Positions 15,605 through 27,410 of a stretch of DNA of 64,000 bases are shown piece by piece (positions within the stretch are counted from its first letter, which is position 1; each line of letters starts with the position of its first letter). Source of the DNA: the human T2T-CHM13v2.0 reference genome, Homo sapiens. The DNA is taken from NCBI RefSeq assembly GCF_009914755.1, contig NC_060925.1; one strand, written 5' to 3'. The position numbers were made by a program, and so were the translations under genes. The notes beneath the pieces are model-generated. The model was given only the letters and a program-made list of their open reading frames with translations. It had not been told where the DNA came from and did not search any database.

Positions 15605-17962
15605 GCTAGCATTTATATGTGTATATAGACATTTTAAAGTCTAGAAGCATGTGAGCCAGCCAAAAAAGCCTCCATATTTTTATAATCTCTGTGAAGTAGT
15701 ATTATAGGTAATCTTAATTTTCTTCATTAAGTTTTCCATATTTTTTTCATTTTTGGTGGTTAACGTATGAATTCTTGAGTTATTATTATGAGTTAAAATG
15801 GGCCATTTCAAAAAGAAAGAGTCTGGTATGTATCAGCTAGTCAGGTATTTCCCTGCCTTAGTTTGTGCACGACTGGTTTGGGGTAGAGGGTGGAAGAAGT
15901 GATAGATACGGAGACTAAAATTCAATGTTTCTACAGTAATGACTGTGTTGGCCCCAGGATAATACCAGGGGCAGTTCAACAGATAAAATGCTTTAGACCA
16001 TTCCTAACAACTCGCACGTCATTTTTTCACTCCAATTCCTATGATGAACAAATTTTCTCGTGATCTGCTAGTCTCACAAGAGAGGAAGAAAGAAAAATAT
16101 CTAGCCAACTGAGGTTTTGAGGTAGCTGAGTAGGGCAGGCAGATGTCAATTAAGTGAAGTTGAGGGGAAAAAAGGCAAAGAAGAAAACTTTGGTTCCCTT
16201 CTCAGCACAGCTCTCAGAACATAAATGACATGGTCATTCTAACCCTAAGAAGCCCCCTGAAGAAAGGCCATAGGGGCTTTTCATTTTCCATTAGAGCCAC
16301 TCATGAAAGATGAACATGCTAACCCTTCAGGAGTTTCCCTACAGACAACCGTGCCACCAAGTTCCTAAAAATCACCTCTGATCACCACTTTGCTGCCTCT
16401 GAACACCAGGAAAGCAGAACTAGGGCTGCATACTTTTAAAGTGCTTCTTCTAAACAAGCCACACTCCTTTGGAAACTAGAAGAAACAGTTCTCTGAGGAA
16501 GAGATAAAGAAAGGGAAACTCCATTTCTCAGCAATAAAGGATTCCACATGCAGTTAAAACTGAGGAAGATGACTGGAATTATGACATTTCCTAACATTTT
16601 TCTTTCTCCAATATTTTCAGTAAGAGCCCAACTTAATAGAGTCATGCTGATGACTCTCCCTAAGGAAAAGAAATTATAAAGAAATAATCATTTTTTCCTC
16701 AAAGCATTGAGGTTACCTTAATTTTGGACAAGCCCAACTCAGTTTCATGTTGGTGAATCCCTACATTCTAGCTATCTCTAGAAAATCCCTGTAGTTGGCA
16801 TAAGTAGTACAATTTTTTAAGGCCACCATTTAAATTGTGGGTCTTCTAGAATTACACCAAAGACTATTTTCAAGAATCTTCTGCCTCATGAGTTATCAAT
16901 TATTGCCTGGCAGATGTTTTAGGCTGAAATTACAGAGATGTATTCAAGGGGAGAAAACAAAACACAACCTTCAAAAGAGAAGAAAGGAAACAGCCCACCC
17001 AGCTGAGGGAAAAGGAATATGGACAACATTCGCTGGACACAGTCTCTCATACCAGGAAAAAAGGGGCTGAGGCCCAAGCTCAAAACAGAGTAGAAAGCTC
17101 AGCTATAGGCAGGCTGAGAAGAATGGGAAGAAAAAAAAATTCAGATGATTGCCAAAGCAAACAAATAAACAAACCAAAAACATGGCTGTAAACATTTAAT
17201 ACTGAACAGAACATTGTAGTTTGATAAGATGAAGTCTGGAAATAAAATTACAGGCACACCTCAGAGATATTGCAAGTTTGGTTCCAGATCACCACAATAA
17301 AGCAAATACTGCAGTAAAGCAAGTCACACAAATTTTTTGGTTTTCCAGTGCATATAAAAGTTATGTTTACACTATACCATAGTCTATTAAGTCTGCAATA
17401 GCATTATGTCTAAAAAAACCCACCTTAATTTAAAAGTACTTCATACTAAAAAATGCTAACAATCATCTGAACCTTCAGCAAGCTGTAATCTTTTTGCTGG
17501 TGGAGGGTCTTGCCTCCTTGTTGATGGCTGCTGACTGATCCAGGGTGGTGGTTGCTGAAGGCTGGGGTGGTTAGGGCAATTTCTTAAAAGAAGACAACAA
17601 TGAAGTCTGATATATCAATTAACTCTTCCTGTCACAAAATATTTCTCTGTTGCATGCAACGCTGTTTGATTGCATTTTACCTACAGTAGAACTTCTTTCA
17701 AAATTGGAGTCAGTCCTCTCAAACCTTGCTGCTGTTTTATCAACTATGTTTACGGAATATGCTAAATTATGTGTTGTCATTTCAACAATGTTCATAGCAT
17801 CTTCACCAAGAGTAGATTCCATCTCAAGAAACCACTTTCTTTGCTCATCCATAACAAACAACTCCTCATCCATTCTAGTTTGATCATGAGATTGCAGCAA
17901 TTCTGTCACATCTTCAGGCTTCTCTTCTAGTTTTCTGGGTATTTCCACCACATCTGTGGTTA

Positions 17963-18043
17963 GCAGATCGCTGCAAAAGTAATTGTGTTTTTTTGCCATT
18001 AAAAGTAAGGACAAAACCCACAATTACTTTTTCACTGACCTAA
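17963..18043. mobile_element. MADE1 (Hsmar1-derived MITE) inside Tigger1
   Basis: ~80-bp imperfect palindrome tgcaaaagtaattg...caattactttt flanked by TA. Confidence 0.85.
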
Positions 18044-18282
18044 TACTTCCTCTACTGAAATCTGGACCCCTTCAAAGTCATCCATGAGGGATAAAATCAA
18101 CTTCTTCCAAACTCCTGTTAATGTTAATATTTTGACCTATTCCCATGAATCATGAATATTCTTAACGGCATCCATAATGATGAATCCTTTCCAGAAGGGT
18201 TTACTTTGTCCAGATTCATCAGAGGAATAATTTTCTATGGCAACCTATAATGTTACAAAATGTAGTTCTTAAATAATAGGTC

Positions 18283-18589
<307 letters not shown>

Positions 18590-21426
18590 AAATAATAAGT
18601 CTTGAAAGTTGAAATTACTCCTTGATCCATGGGCTGCAGAATGGATGTTGTGTTAACATATATGAAAACAACATTCATCTCCTTGTACATCTCCATCAGA
18701 ACTTTTTGATGATCAGAGGTATTATCAATGAGCAGTAATATTTTGAAAGAAATCTTTTTTTCTGAGCAGTAGGTCTCAACCATGAGCTTAAAATATTCAG
18801 TAAATCATGCTGTAAACAAGTGTACTGTCATCTAGGCTTTGTTGTTCCATTTACAAAGCAGAGGCAGAGTAGATTAACATAATTCTTAAGTGCCCTAGGA
18901 TTTTTGGAATGGTAAATGAGCACTGGCTTCAACTTAAAAGTCACCAGCTGTACTAGTTCCTAACTAGAGAGTCATCCTGTCCTTTGCACCTTTGAAATCA
19001 GATGCTGGCTTGTCCTACTAGGAAAGTCCTAGATGGCATCTCCTGCCAATAGAAGGCTGTTTTGTCTACATTGAAAATCTGTTGTTTAGAGTAGCCTCCT
19101 TCATCAATGATCTTAGCTAGATCTTCCAACTAACTTGCTGCAGCTTCTATATCAGCACTTTCTGCTTCGCCTTGCACTTACATGTTATAGAGATGGCTTC
19201 CTTTCTTAAAGCTCATGAACCAACCTCTGCTAGCTTGAAACTTTTCTTCTGCAGCTTCATTACCTCTCTCAGCCTTCACAGAATTGAAGAGAGTTTGGGC
19301 CTGCTCTAGATTATGCTTTAGCTTTAGTGAATGTTGGTGCTGGTTTGATCTTCTATCCAGACCACAAAAACTTTCTCCATAACAGCAATAAGGCTGTTTT
19401 GCTTCCTTATCATTTGTATTTTCACTGGAGTAGCACTTATAATTTCCTTCAAGAACATCTCATATGCATTCAAAACTTGGCTAAATGGCACAAAATGCCT
19501 AGCTTTTGGTCTGTCTCAGCTTTCAACATACCTTCCTCACTAAGCTTAATCACTCCTACCTTTAAAGTAAGAGACCTGTGATTGTCCCTTGCACTCAAAC
19601 ACTTAGAGACCACTGTAGGGTTATTAGTTGGGCTAATTTCAATATTGTGGTGTCTCAGGGAATAGAGAGGGTTGGGGAGAGGAAAAGAGATAGAAGAATG
19701 GCTGGTCGGTGGAGTAGTCAGAACACATACAACATTTATTAATTGAGTTCCCTGTCTTATATGGGCACAGTTCATGGCACCCCAAAACAATTACAGTAGT
19801 CACATCAAAGATCAGTGGTCACAGATCACCATAACAGATATAATAATAATGATGAAAAAGTTTGAAATATTGAGAGAATTGCCAAAATGTGACACAGAGA
19901 CACAAAGTGAGCACATGCGTTGGAAAAATGGCACCAATAGACTTGCTGGACACAGGGTTGCCACAAACCTTCAATTTGTAAAATAAAATAAAATTGAATT
20001 AAATGCAGTATCTACAAAGTGCAATAAAGCAAAGAACAATAAAACAAGGTATGCCTGCACTTTTTTCTATGAACCCCTTAACATGTGACACAAGAGCTCA
20101 CTAAAGAGTGATTTAATTCTTCAGAACTGACACACGGAACTTAGACCCTAGGCCTTAAAGAAAACAGCCCAGCTTCAGGAAAGTCCACTTTTACTTTTAC
20201 AGCCAGAAGAGTTTTCTTTGGCCACTATTTTTACTTTGAAACTATAGTCACAAGAAGCCATCTCTTTTTCCGCCGGTTTTAAAATTGTCTTGTTCTAGGT
20301 TTCACTTCACTGACAGAGACATAGCCAAAGAGATCAGCTTGTGAATATGATCATTCTTGACTTTCAGTTCTGTATTTTGTGCCCCTTTGCTCAAACTATG
20401 TCTCTCAGTTCTTCTCACTTGCTTCATTAAAATATTTTATATCTATTACTCTATTTTTTAAAAAAAAAAAAACACTTTTGATATGTTCCTCCTTCACAGA
20501 AAAGAATGTGGCTACCTCAAACACTTTATTAGGATTCACTCATTTTTTATTACAGGAGGTTAAATAAAATTGGTATTATGATGGCCTCTGTATGGAAAAT
20601 GTGTCGTTTTTAGAGTTCCGGCCACAGAAACTGACCTATGAACGGTTTTCTAAAGGAGAAGGGTGTGCCTGTGGAAAGTTCACGGCAACGGGAGTTTGAC
20701 TCCTCTTAAGGTATGAAGAGGAAGACAGGCTAAAGTCTCAAGAAACTTCTGACTCAATAGGGGAAAGCTATCAAATTTCCCAAAAGTTGTGCGATTTTGG
20801 TTAGCACATCACAAAGGTGATGAGCAGCTCCTGAGAGTGAAACCCACATCCCATTTCTGGGGAGAACTACGTAGTTGGTTCCCTCTACATAAAATATCAG
20901 AGTCTACATCCTGACACCCATAAGAAACCTCTCCCACCTTTCTCTTACTAACCTTTTCTTCCATTCTCAGTTTACAATGACACACAATTTTGTTTCCCAC
21001 AAGTACCGTTCAACCAGAGACACACACACTTACACATACGTATATATTTCATATATATATATGTTTGGAGAGCAGGAAACGGGGGAGCCAAGGTCTGTTT
21101 GTACTCACAACTTTGGCTCAACTGTGCTGGGGTGGCTGGAGCTTTGACCACGGAGGAGGGGCCCGCTGGCAGCGCCAACCGGCTGAACTGTGCGCCTTTT
21201 CATAAAGGCCGAGGAACTGGGGTTAGCCACACTACAACCCTCCCACCTGAGGGAAAGGCCTGTTTGTTCTGGAAGGCACAGCCTAGCCTTATTTAACTAA
21301 CTGCAAGCAGTTAATATAAGCATTCCCAAGGCAGCAAGCAAGCTCTAGTCTACGAAAGTAAAGCCATCGACTTTAGGAAGATTTCTCCAGTCCAGCATCC
21401 TGAAAGATGAAGCCCAGACTCCTCAC

Positions 21427-21503
21427 CTGACGGTTAACCTGAAAACACCTGATCCTCTCTCCGGAATCCTTGCCTGGGGAAAACGATAAGGCTGCCGGGC
21501 CAT
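21427..21503 (-). CDS. MCOLN2: MCOLN2 (TRPML2, mucolipin-2) first coding exon
   Basis: The minus strand reads GGAGGC-ATG-G (strong Kozak) and encodes MARQPYRFPQARIPERGSGVFRLTV(R), the human TRPML2 N-terminus. It ends at donor AG|GTGAGG (GT at 21426-21425), phase 2, inside the CpG island. Confidence 0.93.
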
Positions 21504-21780
21504 GCCTCCTCCTTCAAAACTTTCCAGGGGTCTCGGGATTCGGAACAGGAAACACCGTTCACGGCCGACTCATTTCGCCCTCGCCGTAACGCGTCCGCCT
21601 AAGTTGGAGCCCGGCAAAGCGGGGTTCCCTTCTCTTACCCTTTCTGCCGGCCGCGTGGTGCGCGCAGACCCCGGCCCGAGAGCAGGCGCCGCAGTCGCGG
21701 AGTGCGGCGGGCAGTTCTCGGGCGGCTGAAAGGCGGCTCTGTGTGCACCCTGCAGGATGCGGCGCGTGGCCAGGCGCTCC

Positions 21781-21830
21781 CGCCCCGCCCCCAAGGGGCT
21801 GCCCCGCCCCGCCCCGCCCCGCCCCGCCGC
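21781..21830 (-). promoter_or_regulatory. GC-box array (GGGGC)5: Sp/KLF sites and a potential G-quadruplex
   Basis: gcccc x5 at 21801-21825 plus an adjacent ccgccccgcccc, about 300 bp upstream of the MCOLN2 ATG. Confidence 0.75.
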
Positions 21831-22425
21831 CTCCTACCGGGGACCGGAGCTTCCCCAGTTGGGGTCCTAGGGGACTTATTCCACGCTTCAGCGGACCAGC
21901 CTCCCCGCGCTCCCGGAGAAGGGCGTCGGCGACGCGGAGGCGGGGTGGGGGCCGTAGGGGATGGAACCGAGGCGCGCGCGAGAAGAGCCGAGGAAGTAAG
22001 CAGTCCCAAAAGGGGGCGGCGGTGGGGCCCCCAGGGAGGCGTGGGGCACGCCAAGGGCGCTGTGGGGCACTGACCTGTGGTGCGGCCCCCAGGACAGGCC
22101 CGAGGCGCGGTTCCACACCGGCAGGTCCAGCACCTCCATGCCTCGAGGCATGGCGCGGCCCGGGAGCGGCAGGAGGACACCTAGCGTGGGACGGCTACAC
22201 CTGTCTGGGCGCAGGCCCGCCGCCCTTGCACTCTCCACCCAAGTGCCCAACGCTGCGGTACGGCCCGCTTTGGCTCGGGGTGTCTGCCGGAGAAGCGCCT
22301 TACAGAGGGACCCGGGCGGTGGGCCCTGCGGCAAAGTGGCCCACGCACCCTCCACACCGCTCCCGGGCGGCCGCACCTGGCACTCCCGGCCCTCTGGGGT
22401 TCCTGCCTTTTTCGGGGGGGTGGTG

Positions 22426-22561
22426 GTGAGACCGGGTCTCACTCTGTCGCCTGACCTGCGATCACTGCTGACTGCAGTCTTGAACTCCTGGACCCAAGCG
22501 ATTCTCCTGCCTCCGCCTCCCAAAGTGCTAGGATTACAGGTGTAAGCCGCTGCGCCTGGCC
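22426..22561 (-). mobile_element. Alu monomer (FLAM/FRAM-like) splitting the CpG island
   Basis: ctcccaaagtgctaggattacaggtgtaagcc...cctggcc. Confidence 0.8.
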
Positions 22562-23494
22562 CCTTCTTTTCTTCACTCTCTCATGCATTCATTTCTTGTT
22601 TCCACATGCATTAATTTGTCCGTTGCTTTGGTCATTCCTGTTTTGATGCTTAGGGAAACACTCACTGAGAGCCAAGCCGACCGTTGGGTAATGTGGTCTC
22701 TGGGATGACAAAGACATGGTCCTTTCCCTTGAGGACTTCACATTAAACTGACAAGTTCATTCATTCTGGCTTTTCTCTAAAGTGCACGATCATGAAAGTC
22801 TGTGACAAGGGCCATATTTCTGAGATGTTAGAAAGTGCGACCGGCGCGCAAGGAATAGGAAAAGCGAGTTGCCCTGCGCCCGCGTCGGGATGAAAGGCAG
22901 GGAGCCGGGAGGGAGCGTCAGCGTGGCCCGGCGGGCGCGGAGGGAGGGCGCACGGCCCCAGGGCTGGACTCGTAACCCCAGCGCCCTGCTGCAGCCGCCG
23001 TTGCTTTTCCCTCTTGGTGCACGAAAGGAAGACGCCTGTGGGAAATCGAACAGACAATCGGTCGCCGTTCGTGAATCTTAGAGATGAGAGTCGTCAGTAC
23101 ATGACCAAAAGCCGTGTTCGGCTCCTAGTGATGTTAGCTTGGTAGTTTGGACGTGGCCGACAGCCTCCTAGAGCTCGTACCCCTCCTTTTCACGAGGTAG
23201 CAGCAGCAAAGTCCGCAGTGCCAGGCTCTGTGAGTCTGCAAGCGTTTAAAAGATCTCCGGGTTTAGCTCAGGCAAAGAATATTCTGCCAGGTAATTATTT
23301 TAATATGCGTGTCCAGGCAGAAGCAGTTGGACAGACGATGTATATAAAAGCACACATAATTGACCCTCTTTTAAGGCACTTCCAAGGGGTTATTAGGCAG
23401 AAATGCCTTGGTTTTGAGCCCCTTTCATCGGAGGTGCGCAATCATCCAGCTTTGTGAATAGCAACTGCACTCCAGCCTGGGCAACATAGTAAGA

Positions 23495-23808
23495 CCCCAA
23501 CCTTTTGGCACCAGGGACTGGTTCCATGGAAGATGATATTTTCCACGGACAGGTGGGGGGATGAGGGGAGGATGTTTTCGGGATGAAACTGTTGCACCTT
23601 AGATCAGTAGGCATTAGAGTCTTATAAGGAGCACACAACCTGCAACTTAGATCCATCGCATGCGCAGTTCACAGTAGGGCTTCTGCCCGTATGAGAATCG
23701 AGTGGAACCGCTGCTCTCTTGCTCAATGTTCACTTCCTGCAGCGCGGCTTGGTTCTTAACAGGCCACAGACCTGTACCAGTCTGGAGCCCGGGGTATGGG
23801 GACCCCTG
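23495..23808 (+). mobile_element. MER1B (hAT-Charlie) preceded by a short Alu fragment (23461-23498)
   Basis: ccccaaccttttggcaccagggactgg...ggggacccctg. Confidence 0.82.
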
Positions 23809-23943
23809 CAGACGGAGAAATAGTTTCAAAAGGGAGATCTGAGGATCTCAAACATTAATGTGCATATGAGTCACCAGAGTTTTTATTGAAGCAGACTGAT
23901 TCAGTAGGACCTGAGGTTTTGCATTTCTAGCAAGAAGATGCTC

Positions 23944-23964
23944 CTGCTGCTGCTGCTGCTGCTG
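23944..23964. repeat. (CTG)7 trinucleotide within a MER5A remnant
   Basis: ctg x7 followed by gtccca...ctctg. Confidence 0.85.
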
Positions 23965-24506
23965 GTCCCACTCTGTAAATAGCAAGGTTCTAAGAAATAT
24001 TTAATCTGAGTGTGTGCGGGAATTAAGGGGGGAGAAGAGTAAGAGTGGAAAATTACTGGAGTCAGATGGCTGAAGGATTTATTATAAATATAACACATAC
24101 TAAAGTTTTCAGCCATTGAATCTAATCATTCTCAATTAGTAAATTTAATTCTCAGTAGGCATTAAGTTTTTAACTTTCAAAAAGTCACTTGTTTGTGGTA
24201 AAGATCATGGCTCATTTTTCAGTGTGTAGTAATAGACATTGTTTTGTGCTATGTTAATCCTTTCAAGCATTTGTGTTCTGTTCTGAATATCATAGCACAA
24301 AAAGCTTTGTGTCCTGACTCAAATTTGTAATGACCAATAACCAAATAACACAAGAATCTTTTGCTCAACAGTGTTTTATAATATGACATTTTAATTTTAC
24401 AACCTAAAGTTCTTAAATTTCTCTAGCAGTTTGTCTTCATGTGGAAGTTTCACTGATTTAGTGTTAAAAGGGAAATTTTAGAAAGTAGTCTAAAAAATGT
24501 GAGATA

Positions 24507-24831
<325 letters not shown>

Positions 24832-25499
24832 CTAGTAGAAATGCAACAATTTAAATTTTCTAGGTTGGGCAGACAAAAAATATTTATTGTGAAGAATATG
24901 GGGAGGGAGAATAGAATAAAATAAGAGAAAAACGATGCTCTTTATTTACTTTCACATTCTTTCAAAAATTTTTTGATGTGCAAGTAGTGTTCTGTATATT
25001 GTAGATATTAATTCCTTGCCAGTTCTAAACATTATAAGTATTTTCTTCCAGTCGTCATCTATCTTTTTGTCCATGGTGTTCTTCCTTGGATGAAAGTCTT
25101 TAATTTTGGTATAGGAAATCAAAATTAAGGATATTAATCCTTATAGTTTGTGCTTTTATGATCTTTTTAAAGAAGTTGTTCTCTACCCTTAATTCACCAT
25201 TCTTCTGCATTTTCTGTAATAGTTTTATCCTTCATATCAAATTCCATTGTACTTCAACTTTGCATGTGGTGGGAGATATTAATGCACCTCGATTTTTCGA
25301 CATCAAGTAAGCCAGTTTCCAGCAAGCTATCTTATAATTCAGGGTTGGCTAATTTTTTTTCTGTAAAAGGTCAGATACAAATATGTAGGCTTTGCGGATT
25401 GTACTTTCTCCTTTACAAATATTTAACTATCTAGTGTAAAGATAATCATACACAATATGTAAAAAAGAGAGTGGCTGTGTTCCATGTATTACAAAATAT

Positions 25500-27410
25500 T
25501 TATTCTTATTTTAATTTTTTAAAAATAGACTCTTTTTAGAGCAGTTTTAGGTTTATTGCAAAATTTAACAGAAAGTACAAAGTTCCTATATATTCCCTGC
25601 TCCCACATACGCATAGCCTCTCCCACACTATTAACATCCTACACCAGAGTAGTACATTTGTTATAATCAATGAATATACATTGACAAATTATCACTCAAA
25701 GTCCATACTTTAGGGTTCACTTGTGTGCAGGCTCTAAGTTTTGACAAATGTATAATGACATGTATCTACCACTATAGTATCATACAGAATAGTTTCACTG
25801 CCTGCTGTGGACTGAATGTTTGTCCCCACTTTACCAATCCCCCTCCCCCACCAAAATTTATATGTTGCAACCTAAATCCCCAATGTGATGACATTTGGAG
25901 ACGGGGCATTTGGGAGGTAATTAGGTCTTGAGGGTCGAACCCTCGTGAATGCAATTAGTGCCCTAGTAACCATATAAGAAAAAACAGGAGAGAGATATAT
26001 CTCTTTCTCCACCATATGAGGATATAACAAGATGATGGCTGTCTGCAAACCAGGAAGAGCACCCTCAGCAGACACCAGGTGTACTAGCACCTTGATCTTG
26101 GATTCTGTGGCCTCTAGAACTATGAGAAATCAATTTCTGTTGTTTAAGCCACCCGGTCTGTAGTATTCTGTAATAGCAGCACAAACTGATTAAAACACTA
26201 CCCTAATAATCCTCTGTGCTCCTTCTATTCATCCCTCCCTCCAACCCCTGGCAACCACTCATCTTTTTACTTTCACAATAGTTTTTCCTTTTCAGATAGT
26301 TGGAATCATATGGTATTAGCCTTTTCAGATTGACTTTTTTCATTTAAGCATTTGGCATTTTTGCATTTAAGCTTCTTCTTTGTCTTCACATGGCTTGATA
26401 GCTCAATTCTTTTCAGCACTGAATAATGTTCCATTGAATTAATACATCACAGTATATTTGTTCATTCACCTACTAAAGGACATTTTGTTTTTTTCCAAGT
26501 TTTGGCAATTACAGATAAAGCTGTTATCAACATCTGTGTGCAGGTTTTTATGAACACAAGTTTTCAGTTCCTTTTTTTAAATACCAAGGAGTACAATAGC
26601 TGGATTGTATGGTAAAAGCATAGCTTTGTAAGAAACTGCCTATCTTCCAAAGTGGCTGTATTATTTTACATTTGCACCAGCAATGAATGAGAGTTCCTAT
26701 TGCTCCACATACTTGCCAGTATTTGGAATTTTCAGTGTTTTGGCCATTCTAATAGGTGTGTAGTGGTATCTTGTTTTAATTTGCAATTCCCTAATGACGT
26801 ATGATGTTGAGTATGTTTTCATATACTTATTTTTCATCTGTATGTCTTCTTTACTGAGGTATCTCTTCAGGTCTTTTGCTTAATTTTTAATGGGATTGTT
26901 TATTTTCCTATTGTTGAGTTTTAAGAGTTCTTTAGGCTGGGCACAGTGGCTCATGCCAGTAATCTCAACAGTTTGGGAGGCTGAGGTGGGAGGATTGCTT
27001 GAGGCCAGGAGTTCAACACCAGCCTGGGCAAAAAAGAGAGATCCTGTCTCTATGAAAGAAATTTTTTTTTAATTAGCTGGGTTTGGTGGTATGCACCTGT
27101 GGTCCTAGCTACTCGGGAGGCTGAGGCAGGAGGATTGCTTGAACCTAGGAGTTCAAGGCTGCAGTCCAGCCTGAGCAATAGAACAAAAACCTCATCTCAA
27201 AAAGAAAAATATATGAATTTTTTATATATTTTGAATAACAATACTTTTTTCAGATAAGTCTCTTGCAAGTAGTTTTCTCCTAGTTTGCAGCTTGTCTTCT
27301 CTTTCTCTTGATGATATCTTTCATAGAGTAGAAGTTTTTAATTATAATAAAGACTAATTTATCAATTATTTATTTCATGGATCATGCTTTCAGTGTTGTA
27401 TTTAAAAAGT
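25500..27410 (-). mobile_element. Old L1M (L1MB-like) 3' portion, continuing at 37263-40290
   Basis: Antisense L1 3'UTR/ORF2 motifs, interrupted by MLT1A, an Alu (26935-27208) and the L1PB. Confidence 0.78.
25803..26197 (+). mobile_element. MLT1A-type MaLR solo LTR
   Basis: tgctgtggactgaatgtttgtcccc...atagcagcacaaactgattaaaaca, with TSD ctgcc/ctacc. Confidence 0.85.

Larger units (their letters stand above)
21140..23230. promoter_or_regulatory. MCOLN2: CpG-island promoter of MCOLN2, in two lobes (~21140-22450 and ~22830-23230)
   Basis: Very high GC and CpG density against an AT-rich background, multiple GC boxes, and overlap with MCOLN2 exon 1. Confidence 0.9.

Noticed and set aside
21502-22545. 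Overlapping 120-228 aa ORFs on both strands in the CpG island
   Set aside because: They are Pro/Arg/Gly/Ala-rich products of stop-poor GC-rich DNA, some run into Alu sequence, and none has a recognisable domain. The real exon is 21427-21503.
23944-23964. (CTG)7 as a pathogenic expansion locus
   Set aside because: Short, intergenic and derived from a MER5A motif.
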